This document shows, piece after piece, positions 50,134 through 51,333 of a stretch of 51,333 bases of DNA. Position 1 is the first letter of the stretch. Every line of letters begins with the position of its first letter. This DNA is from Elusimicrobiaceae bacterium. Its GTDB lineage: Bacteria; Elusimicrobiota; Elusimicrobia; Elusimicrobiales; Elusimicrobiaceae. The notes beneath the pieces are model-generated. The model ran no database searches. It saw only the letters and a program-made list of their open reading frames with translations, and was not told the DNA's origin. The stretch is from the NCBI GenBank assembly GCA_017417005.1, contig JAFQAA010000030.1:1-51333 (forward strand). The letters run 5' to 3'. A program made the translations under genes and the position numbers.

Positions 50134-51333
50134 ATGAAATTAAATGACCTCTTTGAAGATTCTTCTTTGCCCGCAACGGAAATTGCGGGTCTTACTCAAA
50201 ATTCCGCCAAGGTAAAAAAAGGTTTTGTGTTTTTTGCCGTAAAAGGCTATACTATTGACGGCCATGCCTTTATTGATGATGCTATAAAAAAAGGTGCCGT
50301 TGCCGTTATAAGCGAGCAAAAATTATCTTTAAAAGAAGTCCCTTCAATTTTAGTTAAAAATATCACAATTTCTATGGCGCGTGCCGCCTGTAAATTTTAC
50401 AATTACCCGTCTGATAAATTAAAAGTTATCGGCCTTACCGGCACAAAAGGCAAAACAAGCACCGCCTATTTAACGGAAAGTATTTTATTTGCAGCAGGTT
50501 TAAAGCCGGCAGTTTTTGGCACAATAAATTACCGCGCAAACGGCCACCTTATCAGCCAAGCGCCAAACACCACGCCCGAGCCGCTTGTGTTAGAAGAAAT
50601 GATTAATTTTAGCCAAAAGCAAAATTGTGATACTCTTGTTATGGAAGTTTCTTCCCACGCTTTAGAATTACACCGCACCGAAGGCATAAATTTTGATATT
50701 GCACTTTTTGCCAATCTTCAAAGGGACCATTTAGATTTTCACTTAAATTTTGAAAATTATTTTGCCGCCAAAGTTAAACTTTTTGATAATCTACTTAGCG
50801 CGCAAAACACTAAAAAAGAAAAAACTGCCGTTATAAATATTGATGATGAATACGGCAAAAAACTTTATAATTATTTAAACGGCAAAGTTAAAATTATCAC
50901 TTATGGTATTAAAGAAAAAGCCGATTTACACGCTACTAATATTAACCCTTCTTTAGAAGGTGTTGATTTTGAAATTAACGGCAAAAAAGCACATATCAAT
51001 TTGCTTGGCGCGCATAATGTTTACAATGCGCTTGGCGCGGCGGCCTGCTCGCTTGCGCGCGGTATTTCTTGGGATGCGATTTTGGCAGGACTAAAAAATT
51101 TAAAAGGCGTGCCCGGTCGTATGCAAAGAGTTGACGAAGGCCAAAACTTTTATGTTTTTGTAGATTTTGCTTATACTAATGAGGCACTTTTAAGGGCTTA
51201 TGAAACTTTAAAACCCTATCAAAAAGGCCGCTTGATAACAATTTTTGGTTGCGGCGGCCAGCGCGATAGAACAAAACGCCCCTTAATGGGCGCAAGTGCC
51301 ACCGCAAACAGCGATTTAGTTTTTTTAACAAAC
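50134..51333 (+). CDS. murE: UDP-MurNAc-L-Ala-D-Glu--2,6-diaminopimelate ligase, N-terminal 400 codons (runs off the right edge)
   Basis: Open frame from ATG 50134 (MKLNDLFEDSSLPATEIAGLTQNSAKVKKGFVFFAVKGYTIDGHAFIDDAIKKGAVAV...) to the window end. P-loop GLTGTKGKTST and ...FGCGGQRDRTKRPLMG. In-frame ATGs also occur at 50116 and 50128. Absent from the ORF track because there is no stop. Confidence 0.9.
   Translation, partial: MKLNDLFEDSSLPATEIAGLTQNSAKVKKGFVFFAVKGYTIDGHAFIDDAIKKGAVAVISEQKLSLKEVPSILVKNITISMARAACKFYNYPSDKLKVIGLTGTKGKTSTAYLTESILFAAGLKPAVFGTINYRANGHLISQAPNTTPEPLVLEEMINFSQKQNCDTLVMEVSSHALELHRTEGINFDIALFANLQRDHLDFHLNFENYFAAKVKLFDNLLSAQNTKKEKTAVINIDDEYGKKLYNYLNGKVKIITYGIKEKADLHATNINPSLEGVDFEINGKKAHINLLGAHNVYNALGAAACSLARGISWDAILAGLKNLKGVPGRMQRVDEGQNFYVFVDFAYTNEALLRAYETLKPYQKGRLITIFGCGGQRDRTKRPLMGASATANSDLVFLTN

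Overview
Origin-proximal core-chromosome segment of a low-GC, tightly packed bacterial genome. It uses the standard code: TGA serves as stop in several ATGA overlaps. The left arm (1-12546) is entirely minus-strand: prs (partial), glmU, a secreted HExxH protease, an mtaB-like methylthiotransferase, rsmE, gyrA, gyrB, DUF721, dnaN and dnaA. Transcription polarity flips at about 12.6 kb, consistent with oriC next to dnaA. To the right lie: (1) an anaerobe-type O2/ROS detoxification cluster (rubrerythrin, desulfoferrodoxin, flavodiiron protein, flavin reductase, rubredoxin); (2) pdaD-speB; (3) an M3 oligopeptidase, a GH13 enzyme and lepB; (4) parS-like sites plus parA-parB; (5) an F1Fo ATP synthase operon preceded by a TreT-like GT4 gene and interrupted by an hldD-like epimerase; (6) an SNase-like lipoprotein, a thioesterase and tRNA-Gly(GCC); (7) uvrB-birA, an orphan receiver, tilS and sppA; (8) a long co-directional dapA-lysC-asd-dapB-murC-nusB-ligA block; (9) a divergent two-gene module (DUF2400/HhH-like plus mini nucleosidase); (10) murE (partial). 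I saw no rRNA, CRISPR array, transposase, integrase or obvious defence island. I cannot point to a clear novel multi-gene system. The best leads are a strongly structured terminator-containing leader or sRNA at 33521-33700, the sugar-nucleotide genes embedded in the atp operon, an ACT-less aspartokinase, and the HhH-like/nucleosidase pair. All functional calls rest on motifs recognised by eye in the supplied translations. No database search was run.
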